Positions 13,114 to 62,149 of a stretch of 64,000 nucleotides of DNA are shown piece after piece. A model generated the notes under the pieces. It was given only the letters and a program-made list of their open reading frames with translations. It was not told where the DNA came from and did not search any database. Both the position numbers and the translations under genes were made by a program. The stretch is taken from NCBI GenBank assembly GCA_051362555.1, contig CM120644.1:22900534-22964533 (forward strand), read 5' to 3'. The DNA is from Lingula anatina. Its lineage: Eukaryota > Animalia > Brachiopoda. The first letter of the stretch is position 1; every line of letters begins with the position of its first letter.

Positions 13114-13780
13114 TTAGACCACGGTGGAAGTGAAGAACAAAAGACCCAGACGTGGTGTCACTCGCATAACCGCACGTCTCGCGTGAATGCGTTATAACTC
13201 GCTAAAGCCCCCTTTAGACCACGGTGGAAGTGAAGAACAAAAGACCCAGACGTGGTGTAACTCGCATAACCGCACGTCTCGCGTGAATGCGTTATAACTC
13301 GCTAAGGGCCCCTTTACACTGGACGGCGTCCTTTCTGCGTCCAGCAGCACGGCTCCATTTGAGAGTTAAAAAATTATAATATTTTACGTGCCGACAACTG
13401 GCCGATCATTGAGCGTTCTTCTGATACAAAATCAGTGTTCGTGCTTCCTTATTAAGACCACAGCGATGCCAAATTTCATGGTCGCAGAGAGGACGCAGAG
13501 AGGACGAGTGTAAAGGGGGTATAATGGACCCGTGGTCTAAATAAGATAGACCCCTCGTCAGCGAGGGTTATGTGACATCCACTCATGCTACGCACTCGTG
13601 TATGCCACATAACCCTCGCTGACTCGGGGTCTATCTATTACATAACCCTCGCTGACGAGGGATCTATCTTATTTAGACCACGGGTCCATTAGCGGGTTAT
13701 AACGCATTCATGCGAGACGTGCGGTTATGCGAATTACACCACGTCTGAGTCTTTTGTTCTTCACTTCCACCGTGGTCTGA
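13114..13780. mobile_element. Almost fully palindromic MITE with a duplicated left arm
   Basis: The arm 'ttagaccacggtggaagtgaagaacaaaagacccagacgtggtg...gcgttataactcgctaa' occurs at 13114 and again at about 13214, and its reverse complement at about 13688-13780. 13522-13691 is itself palindromic. Confidence 0.8.
13306..13521. mobile_element. PIF/Harbinger-type MITE nested in the palindromic element
   Basis: TIRs gggcccctttacact / agtgtaaagggggta flanked by TAA on both sides. The opposite arm of the host shows the empty site (gctaatggacc). Confidence 0.75.
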
Positions 13781-14427
13781 GTGAGATGTGTTCATACCTG
13801 TATGCTGTTAAAGATAACGGATCACTCTAGTTATTTTTGGTGGGTTGTGTGACAGAAGGTTTGACGTTCAACATTAAGTATGAGTACCAGAAGATTAGGG
13901 GTCCACATCAAAGGAATTCAGTGTTTTTAGAAAGTGAATTTTCGCACATCTTAGGACTTATTCTGTTTATTTACAAGTCTTTAGCTGTGATAATTTATTA
14001 TTTCTTATAATAAATATTAATATATACTATTATGTGTAGTATTATTCATTGTGGTCTCGTGTTAAATGTTTTTACGTATATTTGTTTTACTAAAATATTA
14101 TCTTTTGCAGACGTGTTTTGAGTGTAAGCCTTGCGTTACAGCGGTGTGTGTGTGTGTGTACTGTGCGTGTGTGTGTACACATGTGTGTGTTTGCGTGTGC
14201 GTGTGTGTGTATGTGACAAGGAGTATCCTTCTCGAATAAACACGTGTTACTGTTTGTACGCTATGTTCAACATTACCATATCCAGGGGCAGAAAAAGGTT
14301 CATGGTTATTTTTTTCCAGCTTGCTAAATACGCCATCCACCATACCTGACTAGGACGTACAGCCGCTTACAGCATTCTTCTTAGTATGTCAGGACTGTGC
14401 TAGCGGACCATATGCTGTTACCCGGAC

Positions 14428-14509
14428 ATGGCGACCGGAGGGGCAAGACCGAAAACTAATTCCATTTTAGGGAATGCTCTTAGGTGGTTGACTGGAATAC
14501 AAAATGAAG
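14428..14509 (+). CDS. PARP-caspase exon 1 (MATGGARPKTNSILGNALRWLTGIQNE)
   Basis: gacATGG start context, donor G|gtaaac. An upstream acceptor ttttgcag| at 14110 suggests a spliced 5' UTR. Confidence 0.65.
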
Positions 14510-17500
14510 GTAAACATGATAAGTGATTCATCTGTTCACCCTCTTATTGATTTCATCACCTACGTGTTAATTTTTCTAGATAAATGAAGTACGTGATAGC
14601 TATTTTTGTCATTTTTTTTATATAATTATAAATAACAATTTCATTCGTCAGTCATCATTTTTGTATTTTTCTATTTCATCACCTCAGGGAGTGCATTCAA
14701 TTGTCGTCTTTTTTCGTATCCATCTTTTTAATTATTTTGCTAAGTGGTGACTTTTTGTCCTTCTACAGTGACGGAAAGACAGGATCACAGATATGGGAGG
14801 GAGCAGAGAGCAGACGGCGGTACGTACGTTAAAGACTCGTTTATTAAAACACAACAAATGTTAAATGGACCGAAATGCTGATAATAAGTGTTGTCTTTCT
14901 TGTTTTTCTTTTTTTCCATCATCTATATTATTTTGTTTTATTAATTAATTAATTAATTTATTTATTATAATTTTATTTATTTATATTTTTTTGTTTGTTT
15001 TGGTATGAAAAATAAACAACCACTAGTTTTATTAACGAAAGCAATTCCAACTAGACTGCAACTGGCTAAAGTGGCGGAGGATTCCCCTGCAAAATAGGTG
15101 TGAAAATGCTCTTACAAGGTCATGTGAAGGTCATGGGTTAAATTTGACCCCGTATTCTGAAAGAGCATGTGCGAATTGGGGGGGGGGGGGTCAACAAAAC
15201 ATCACTTTTAGCCCACTTCAATATTTTTCCATGAAATAGCCGAATGACCTTGAAAATGAGGGTCAAGGTCAAATTTGACATTTGATTTGGGGGTGATGGG
15301 TATATGTTTGGGGTAGTTTACTATAGCATGTTATCATAAAAAATCGGGATTTCATGGAGAAATTGACAAAGTCACTATTTCTGTGAAATTATTAATATTT
15401 AAAAATTTATATTTAAAAAATTAATCAATCATTTGTCAATATTATTAGCGACTGTACTGGACAGATATCTAGGGCAACTTTTTACATCATCCTTGTGGCT
15501 CTGTGACATCTGGTTTACCCCCTGCCGACTGTCAACCACCTGGAGCATATTTTGCAACAGGATGACCTTGACCTGACCTCCTTCCCTAAAATTAAGTCAC
15601 TTGACACAAAATCATTGTGACCTCACATATGTAAGGATTTGTCAAAATGTTGAAAATTCTAGGAGATATTGCATTTTGAAATTTGCAAACATTTCACTTT
15701 AAAGGCTCTGTGACCTTGAAAATTAGGTCAAGGTAAAAAAAAATTGGGTGGACCGGAATAACTTTTCATAGGCTATTAGCATGAATTTTTTCAGAATTTT
15801 AGAAAGAAATTTTTTGACGAAAAATAATAATAAGAATAATAATGATAAGAACAGGAAAAACAATAGTATTCCCCTATGGGGAATCCTAATTAAGGAATAA
15901 TGCCGAACCTTAGATAGGCTATAGCTTTTTTGTTGTCTTTCTTTCGACAGATTACACTGGTCAGGATTTCCCCGGTGCCTCAACGTCCAGCTATGATCTT
16001 CTTGGAGGTTTACCAGATACGCTATCTAGTCAGTTAAACATTTCAAGACGCAAGAAATCCAAATACGAAAAATTCACCGAATCCCTGTCAAATCCATCCC
16101 AAAGTGCTTACTTTACAATGGGCGTGAGTGCCGAGACTTTCTGCGCCGTCACTGAGCTGGTTCAGGGAACATGGCAAAGCAAGAAAACGGGGCGCGGGCA
16201 AGACACGCGGAACCTTGACCACACCTATATTGTGGTAAAGAATGTCGAGGCCATCATAAACGAAGGTTTACTAGAGCGTTATAAAACTACCAAGCGGCAG
16301 CACCGCTTACGTCAAACACAGGGTCGCTTAAAACCTTATTATTACATGGATCCCACAATGAAAAAGCCCATGACTGTCGAGACCGAATCCTCTGTATTGG
16401 ATACACTAAATGAGGACATCAATGAACAGTACTTATTTCACGGAACAAAGAGCGCATATGTCCCATCTATTTGCGCTATGGGACCAGATTTCAGGATTGC
16501 TCGCAAAGGAATGTTTGGTCGAGCAATTTATTTGTCAGAGAGCGCCACCAAAGCGGATCAGTACGCAGGTACGTCGAGGCTGGCCTGGAGTACGCTTACG
16601 TATGAATATGAGTACTACTGCTCGTTTTAGTTTTTTTTTTTTTTTTTTATTGTCACGTTTCTTATTTCTGTTGTTGTGATAATTTCTTTTTAGGACAGGG
16701 ACAGTGTGCACACGTACACTTTTTTCCTCTAGGAGTCTTTCAGAAAAACGAATATTTAAATTATTCGTATTTTCATATTCCATCGGATTACAACAATATT
16801 TTCCTTAAATTTAATCGAATTATTCTATCTTACTCCAGACGAGATGGACAGTAGACGAACGGAGGACCTCCAAATCTTGATTTACCGCGTTCTTCTCGGC
16901 AATGTCTACTACTGCGAGGAACAACAGACATTTAGGAGACCGCCTTGCGTCTGTGGGGAGAAGATTTGCAGTGACCATCACGAAACCTTCGACTCCGTGA
17001 TAGGTGATACCAGGAAGTTATTCCGGGAATTCCTCCTGTTCACGGCGGACCAGTGTTACCCGGAATACATCGTGACATATGACCGCATTGATCAATTTCA
17101 GGCCAGAGGTAAGTTTATTTGAACCAGGGAATATATCTGGATATAATTCGTTGATGGAACAATCGATCATTTAATCAATCGACCAATAGAGTACTTGTTT
17201 CTTGAAAAAAAAATAGTATCAATCCTACTGTAAACGTATCCATGTATTTCAGGGTGCCTCACGTTCAAATGACAAATGTCGTTAAAGAGACCTGTAAACG
17301 TAATGCTTAGTTTCAAAACAATTGAACGAATACTAATTCGCCTTTATATGTTGCTATTAGCCGTGCCTCAGCTGCCGGTGACGTCACTATGTCTGAGAGC
17401 TGCCGATCCTTCGCTCTTCATGGAAGAAGCTTATAAGGACGATGTAAGTACATGTATTTTAATCTAAAATTAAAATCTCTCTCTCTCTCTCTCTCCCTCC

Positions 17501-19743
17501 TATCGACTCGCTCTCGCATTTTTTTCTTTCTACAATACCGGAATCTTTCTCTTCTCCCTCTCATTCTCTCTCTCTGAAACCACTCCCCTTATCCCCCATT
17601 TCCGCGGGCGCTTTCATCGCTTCCATATTTGGACTTTCACTGTAAATGCTGCATACGTTTAACAACGTTTAAGGTAAATACCACTGTTAGAAAGACTCAT
17701 ATTTTGCCTTCTACTTTCAGGTCTACCAAAACTGTGGCCTGCCCCGTGGACGCGCTGTCATCGTCAACAACATCAATTTCCAGCACCATGAGAAGAGAGA
17801 CGGGTCAGAAATGGACTGTAAGGCGCTGGTAGAGCTGATGGAACAGATGAGTTATACCGTCATTGTGCATAATGATCTGACCGCACAGGTGAGCTTGTGT
17901 GTGCGCGCGCGCGCACGTGTCTGTGTGTGTGTACATGTGAGTGTATGAGCGCACATGTGTGTGTGTGCATTCGTTCTTTTGCACGTTTTTCATGCGCGTA
18001 TTTGCGCATGTGCATGTATGTGCGAAGGTGCGTATACTGTAATACGTGTTTATTGGTTCGTTTATTTGTGTTCATGTATTTGAATTAGTAAAACAGTTAT
18101 ATAGCGTATTATTAAATCCTTTTCAGTCAGTGCATCGTAATTTATAATCTGTACATTTTGAATATTATGATTTTAGGGAATATTTGATGTGATGGAGACT
18201 GAAAGCAAACAACCTAGCCACTGGACTAGTGATTCCTTCATCGTGTTCATTCTGAGTCACGGTATGAGTAACGCTGTATATGGGACAGATGGCAACTGTT
18301 TGCCGTACAGTATGATGTACAAGCACTTTACCACCGACAGCTGCCCCGCCCTGAAGGGAAAACCAAAAATGTTTTTTATTCAGGCTTGCCAAGGAAGTAA
18401 GTTAAAAACCTATTGAATAGTTATGGTGTGTGCATTTGCAGAGTAGTTATAATTATTTGTAAAACATTTTTCTTGGAACGAAATTGGTTGTTGACTGACG
18501 TTAAGAATACAAGTTTGTTGTCATGCAACAAGCAACATAAATATTAAATAAGAGAGACAGTGCATACGAGAGACTAATTTGCTTAAAATAATACATTTCG
18601 GTGATTAATGGATGACTTTACATTTGAAACCAAAAACTGTATTTCATCCAGCAAAGAAAGACAGTAGAGTCGCGGGAGAATCCGTCCCTCTAACAATGAG
18701 ACAAGATGGCGGCCAGTCTGATTCTGTGCGGGCGCGTTGCAATGAAAGCGAGTCCAAATTTGGTGCTAACATGTGTGACATCGCCGTTGCCACGGCAACC
18801 ACTCCAGGTGGGCAAAATACTAACATATAGAAAACAAAACACACTTAACCAGGCGGGATATATACACAAATAATCTGTTATTTTTTCAACAATGTTTTAC
18901 GTAATTTAAAAAAAAGGAATTAAGACGCTTATGTTGCTGTTTAATGTTTTGTTAGTTCCCCCCCCCCCCCATCTTGACAGATATTAATTTTTGTTGTATT
19001 TTTATTTTGAATTTTGAATCAATGCACAATATAATATATCCTTTGACTCCATTCAATTCAATCGTGTTCGTCAATTATACATCCCTTCATTTCAGACTAC
19101 GTGTCCTGGAGAAATAAGGAGAACGGGTCCTGGTTCATCAACGCCATTGTCAGAGTGTTCAGTGAGGAGGCGAGGAGTAAACACTTTCTGGAGCTTCTTA
19201 CTTCGGTAGGTCAGGCAGAATGGTTGGACTTTCTGACTTGTATTATTGGGAATTCACTGCACGTTTCAGGGCTTCATTCACTCTGTTATGGTTTCATTCC
19301 AATAGTAATTTCTTCATTCATTTGATAAAGTGAGAGCAACTGAATATTGGATAATGGTTAGTAGTAATTAATTCTATTATTGAATGTCGTTATACTTTGA
19401 AGATTCCATTATGGAGTTTTACTGTTATTTCAAGAAATTATTCTACCATTGCAGTTCAGATTGTTCTTTTCCACCTTTTGGTCCAATGTTAGAGTGATTT
19501 TATATTAAACTCATCACTGCATTATATTACTGGTATTGTTATGGTAACGTGTATCTGGTATTTTATATCACATTTCACCTCTTTGTGGTATTTCAGGTGA
19601 ACAGCTGGGTTGCCAGTATGAAGACCCAAGGTCAAGGTCAATACCAGCAGGTGTCCAGCATGGAAACCATGTCCTTCACCAAACGGTTTTACTTCTGGCC
19701 CCGCCTCTGTATAGTAAATGGTGAGCTCCAGGAGTTGGACTAG
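14428..19743 (+). CDS. PARP (ART) catalytic domain-caspase fusion protein, 10 coding exons, about 634 aa
   Basis: Exons 14428-14509, 14769-14819, 15951-16568, 16839-17108, 17361-17443, 17721-17888, 18177-18396, 18652-18807, 19096-19205, 19597-19743. All introns are GT-AG and phase-compatible; total 1905 nt with no internal stop. PARP motifs: YLFHGT, GMFGRAIYLSESATKADQY, FREFLLF...QCYPEYIVTY. Caspase motifs: PRGRAVIVNN, RDGSEMD, ILSHG, GKPKMFFIQACQG, VSWRNKENGSWFI, SFTKRFYFWP. Confidence 0.85.
14769..14819 (+). CDS. PARP-caspase exon 2 (VTERQDHRYGREQRADG)
   Basis: ttctacag| ... |gtacgt; 51 nt, phase 1-1. Confidence 0.6.
15049..15889 (-). mobile_element. Helentron-associated (HINE/DINE-1-like) non-autonomous element in intron 2
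   Basis: Begins aactaga. Subterminal IR aggattcccc (15078) pairs with ggggaatcct (15878). (AAT)-rich microsatellite near the other end; internal gaccttga/tcaaggtc repeats. Confidence 0.6.
15951..16568 (+). CDS. PARP-caspase exon 3: PARP catalytic domain N-part (NEQYLFHGTK, GMFGRAIYLSESATKADQY)
   Basis: ttcgacag| acceptor, G|gtacgt donor; catalytic His and Tyr motifs of diphtheria-toxin-like ARTs. Confidence 0.92.
16839..17108 (+). CDS. PARP-caspase exon 4: PARP catalytic domain C-part (RVLLG, FDSV, FREFLLFTADQCYPEYIVTY)
   Basis: actccag| acceptor, G|gtaagt donor; aligns by eye with the tankyrase-type EYVIYRGEQAYPEYLITY motif. Confidence 0.92.
17361..17443 (+). CDS. PARP-caspase exon 5: interdomain linker (AVPQLPVTSLCLRAADPSLFMEEAYKDD)
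   Basis: ctattag| acceptor in phase 1 and |gtaagt donor in phase 0, exactly bridging the PARP and caspase exons. Confidence 0.75.
17721..17888 (+). CDS. PARP-caspase exon 6: caspase p20 start (VYQNCGLPRGRAVIVNNINFQHHEKRDGSEMDCKAL...HNDLTAQ)
   Basis: ctttcag| and |gtgagc; conserved caspase N-terminal strand and S1 Arg (RxGS motif). This frame is not in the ORF track. Confidence 0.9.
18177..18396 (+). CDS. PARP-caspase exon 7: caspase catalytic dyad (ILSHG...GKPKMFFIQACQG)
   Basis: Catalytic His and Cys motifs intact; ttttag| and |gtaagt. Confidence 0.95.
18652..18807 (+). CDS. PARP-caspase exon 8: intersubunit linker and p10 start (TKKDSR...DIAVATATTP)
   Basis: atccag| and G|gtgggc, phase 1-1. 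Confidence 0.85.
19096..19205 (+). CDS. PARP-caspase exon 9: caspase p10 (DYVSWRNKENGSWFINAIVRVF...LELLTS)
   Basis: SWR and GSWFI motifs; tttcag| and |gtaggt. Confidence 0.92.
19597..19743 (+). CDS. PARP-caspase exon 10: caspase C-terminus (VNSWVA...QVSSMETMSFTKRFYFWP...ELD*)
   Basis: tttcag| acceptor, TAG at 19741-19743, AATAAA at about 19854. Confidence 0.9.
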   Translation: MNSWVASMKTQGQGQYQQVSSMETMSFTKRFYFWPRLCIVNGELQELD

Positions 19744-21528
19744 ATGGCTTGCTTTATATATATTCCCATTTGTTTTGTTTAGTTTTATCGCCACAAAATT
19801 ACTGATAAGGGACTGTAAGTATCGACAAATGTCTGATAAAATATAAATATATGAATAAAGAGAGAGTAGTGTGCGCTAATAAGGTGCTTGTCCAACATTA
19901 TTATAGGCGCTCGTGTTATTTACAACAAGCTAGGCGTCTTTCACTGGTGTTGCAGTGTATTTCTGGTCATGGTTTCCCATTATATTTTAAATTAACTTGA
20001 AAACCAAATTGACCATTTGTTAAACGTTTATTGAATACATGTGCAATGGGTATTTAATGACTTGTCACGCTGCGTGCCTTGCTGTCAAATATAGTAATAT
20101 AACGGGGTTCGATATTAATATGCTACAAGTAGTTTTTGTCATAATATTGATGTCATTTGCTCAATATATGTACTTTTCAAGGGCAACGTGTTTGTGGGTC
20201 TAATTTGTTTTAGCAACTGTCAGATGGGAAAGTTACTATGTACATGCACAAAGTGCAATTTATTCAGATTCCTTGCCTCGTTAATGTACTATGAGGGTTG
20301 TTTTAAACTATGGAGGTAGGGCTAAAACCTGCTTCTAAGAATGTGCATCATCCTTAAGAATATTTACTTATAAATAATAATCCTGCTGCTAAAGAAACAG
20401 GACAATTTTGGGGTATTTTCTTGTTCCCAGTTCACTTGGAAAATGAATATATCATTTGAAAAAACGAAATGAAGTTAAAAACGAGTGTTGCGATACCAAA
20501 TGTTGTGAAATCGTCGTTAATGCATATCAAGATGACGTACGACTCGTGATCAGTAAAACAGTGAGAAAATCAAATTAGCAGCCAGGCGTGATGAAGTCAG
20601 ATTTATGTGCATCAGCTGGATTGTGCCATTTGTTGCTTTTGAATATGATTCCAGTTTTAATACGAGGTCAACTAGAGGTATATTGGTGCAAGTATTTAGT
20701 GTTATACTTTATTAAAAATGGCATTTAGAGTAAATATTGGTCGCCTCCCTCTTTGCCAAGAAGGATGATATACATGTATAAACAGGTGCCTAAAATAGCG
20801 ATATCACGGACACACACACACACACACACACACATATACTGACAGTCAATGAAAACGCATCATTTATTTATCAAATAATATTTTAAATTCCTTTAAAACA
20901 AAAAGAAAATAAAAGCTTTCGTGTGAAATATGACCCACTATTCAGTCAAACAAGATGACTCTCTTATGACCAAGCACGTGAACTTGCACTCGTTTATATG
21001 GTTGGAATCGATTCTCGGTAAAAAAAAAGTCAAGAAAGTTTTCTGATGCGTTTTCATTGACTGTCAGTACATATATTAATGACTTAGTTATAAGATGCAC
21101 ATGTAATTATAGTTGGTTTTCGATTTCTCTCAACGTCGATTTTAACATATATGCTTTGATTGCATACTTTTACTTAGGCTTTACGATGGGGGTAATTCTG
21201 TTAAGATTGATTAAATGTTTTATGAAAGGGCACTCTTTATTTATTATTATTTTTTGTGTGTGAATTTTATTTATTTTTTAAAATTATTTACCTAAAAGCT
21301 AGTCTGTGTATAGAGATAAAACTTTGTCTTCTCTGTCGATGTAACTCTACAAATTACACGATCCGTTCAGTGAAGCTGCAAGGAAATATATTTTATATAA
21401 AATGCACAAGTTGATTTAAGTAATGGACATTGAAGCAATCTGTGCAAAGTTTTATTGGACACTCTATACATATTATGTAGGACAGCTTAAGCTGGAAGCA
21501 TAATCTATCATAATTGATTACTAGCCAG

Positions 21529-21563
<35 letters not shown>

Positions 21564-21987
21564 GCAAAAAAAGTGAAAAAAGTACTATCCGAGATCTTGG
21601 ATACATAGATTGAAAAGTTTAACGCATTAGAATGAATGCAAACAACTACAATCGCCCTCTCTTCTACAATCAACATCTTCTACTCCAGAAGCCATTGGCA
21701 AAAATACATTTTACACTCTAATTCTTTTTTAAACGTGAATGCAAGTCATTTTGTGTAGAGAAATTACAAACATAAATTGTTGATATTAGGACCGACTGGT
21801 ATTTCTGTTTTGTGCAATGTCATATACGTGTGCAAAATCATAAACCAATTGCAATTAAGGTTGGGTGTTCAAATCAATGTGTTTTCTTTCTATTAAAAAA
21901 CACGTTTCTGGTCCATAAAGCTACGGAATTTCAAATGTATTTCATTTTATCGCATATAAACCTTTTCAAAAAAAAAAAAATAAATAA

Positions 21988-22019
<32 letters not shown>

Positions 22020-22070
22020 ATTTACGTCTACAAAGCCGGTGACACCGTAGCACAACTAATGCAATGGAAT

Positions 22071-59483
<37,413 letters not shown>

Positions 59484-60509
59484 TTCACATCCTCAACACT
59501 AATGACTTGTCACCTCGTGTTTCACTGGGTGAAGGAACGCTGTGGAGAGGAGGGTCACAACCCTGCACGAAGATTCGAAAAACATTTTACATTATTTGTC
59601 AATGGAATAAGAAAAAAAAGTATTACTGATGTACTTACATTACTTCATTAAAAAAAAAAAAAAAACTCCTCCCCGTCGATGTTATAGGGAAAATCGATCA
59701 CTCTAGTACAAGTGCAAATAAAAGAGTAATTAAGAATAAACACGAAATCCATTACTCGCTTTGAACGGCTCGGATACAAACCCCACTCTGTCACCCCCAG
59801 CTAAATATACCCTTCCCCCTCAGAAGTGAAACCATATCAAAAGGGATGTTGATTTTTCCCCAAATATCCAATATGGAAGATAAGAGACCAACGCGAACAG
59901 AAACACTCCGCTTATTAATAATTCGACAAATATCTTATTGGTATAGTGGGATAACGTGTAAATATTTGCGACCAAATGGTCAAACAGCTGTGCAGTGAAT
60001 AGCACAAAATCTGTATCAATATTATAACTTTGTGAATTATTTTAGATTTAGCAAATCAAACTACCATTGTTTATTTGATAAATATGAGCCAAAGGTGAAA
60101 ATAAGATTTTTTTTCTTTTTTGTTTGTTTGTTTGTTTGTTAGTTTTTTTTTTTTTTTTTTTTTTTTCAATTAATTTTATTTCCAGTAAAGTTCCTTTCTT
60201 ATACGTACTACAGATGCGCCTCGGTTTACAGATGCCTGGTCATATTTGGCCCTGATAAAATAAATGTAAATTGATGTCACATGGATTTGTAATTTTATTT
60301 TTGACCATACTTCTGTGATCCAATACTTTTTTTCTTGGAGTGGGACATAATCTTATTAAGGTTTCTGAAAAAAATAAAACATAACGCTCACATACAGTAG
60401 CAACAAAAAGTAATTATTATTTAATTTCACTTCTGAAAGAAAGGATGAAGCCTCATACTGCACCGAGATTACCTTTCCTAAAAATGCCTTCGGTATCCTC
60501 CGCACGAAC

Positions 60510-61563
60510 ACATGTACAATTGGTATTTAATAACTTGTCATGCTGCGTGCCTTGCTGTCAAATACAGTAATATAACGGAATGCGATATTAATATGCTACA
60601 AGTATTTTTTTTGCCATAATATTTATATATGTTATTTGCTCAATATATATACCTTTTAAGGCAAATCGCAGCAACGTGTTTGTGGGTCTAATTTGTTGTA
60701 GCAATTGTCAGATGTGAAAGTTACTTTTTACATGTACAACGTGCAGTTTATTCAGATTCCTTGCCTCGTTAATGTCTATGTACTGTGAGGATTATCTTAA
60801 ACTATGGTGGTAGGGCTAAACCCTGCTTCTAAGAATGTGCATCATTCTTCTTAAGAATATTTACTTTTAAATAATAATCCTGCTGCTAAAGAAACAGTGA
60901 CAATGTTGGGGTATTTTATTGTCCCCAGTTCACTTGGAAATTGAATATATCATTTGAAAAACCGAAATGAAGTTAAAAGCGAGTGTTGTGATATCATTGG
61001 TAATGCATATCAAGATGACGTACGACTCGTGATCGGTAAAACACTGAGAAAATCAAATTAGCAGTTAGGCGTGATGAAGTCAGATTTATGCGCATCAGCT
61101 GGATTGTGTCATTTGTTGCTTTTGAATATGATTCCAATTTAATTAGGAGCTCAACTAGAGGTATATTGGTGCAAGTATTTAGTGTTATGATTTATTAAAA
61201 ATGGCATTAAGAGTAAATATTGGTCGCTTCCCTCTTTCCCAAGAAGGATGATATATAAACAGGTGCCTAAAATAGCGATATCACAGACACACACACACAC
61301 ACGCGCGCGCGCGCGCGCACGCACACACACATATACTGACAGTCAATGAAAACGCACCATTTATTTATCAAATAATATTTTTAATTCCTTTAAAACAAAA
61401 GGAAAATAAAAACTTTCGTGTGAAATATGACCGACTATTCAGTCAAACAAGAGAACTCTCTTATGACCAAGCACGTGAATTTGCATTCGCTTATATGGTT
61501 GGAATCGATTCTCGGTAAAGAAAAGGTTAAGAAAGTTTTCTGATGCGTTTTCATTGACTGTCA

Positions 61564-61629
<66 letters not shown>

Positions 61630-62105
61630 TGACATATATATTAATGACTTATATATTAATGACTTGGTTATGAGATGCACATGTAATTACATATATTGTT
61701 GGTTATCGATTTCTTTCAAGTCGATTTTAACATATATGCTTTGATTGCATAATTTTACTTAGTCTTTACGATGGAGGTAATTCTGTAAAGTTTGAATAAA
61801 TGTTTTATGAAAGGACACTCTTTATTTATTATTATTTTTTGTGTGTGTGAATTTTATTATTTTTTTAAAATTTTTACCTAAAAACTAGTCTGTGTATAGA
61901 GATAAAACATTCTTTGCTCTGTCGATTTAACTCTCAAATTACACGATCCGTTCAGTGAAACTGCAAGGAAATATATTTTATATAAAATGCACAAGTTGAT
62001 TAAAGTAATGGACATTGAAGCAATCTGTGCAAGGTTTTATTGCAATTGGACACTCTGTACATATTAAGCTGGAAGCATAATCTATCATAATTGATTACTA
62101 GCCAG

Positions 62106-62149
<44 letters not shown>

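Noticed and set aside
14799-14819. REQRADG as a tankyrase-binding motif
   Set aside because: The Arg spacing does not fit canonical RxxADG, and such short matches arise by chance.
16118-16630. Stand-alone 170-aa PARP ORF
   Set aside because: It lacks the catalytic Glu half, which is in the next exon; splice sites at 15950 and 16569 explain it as an internal exon.
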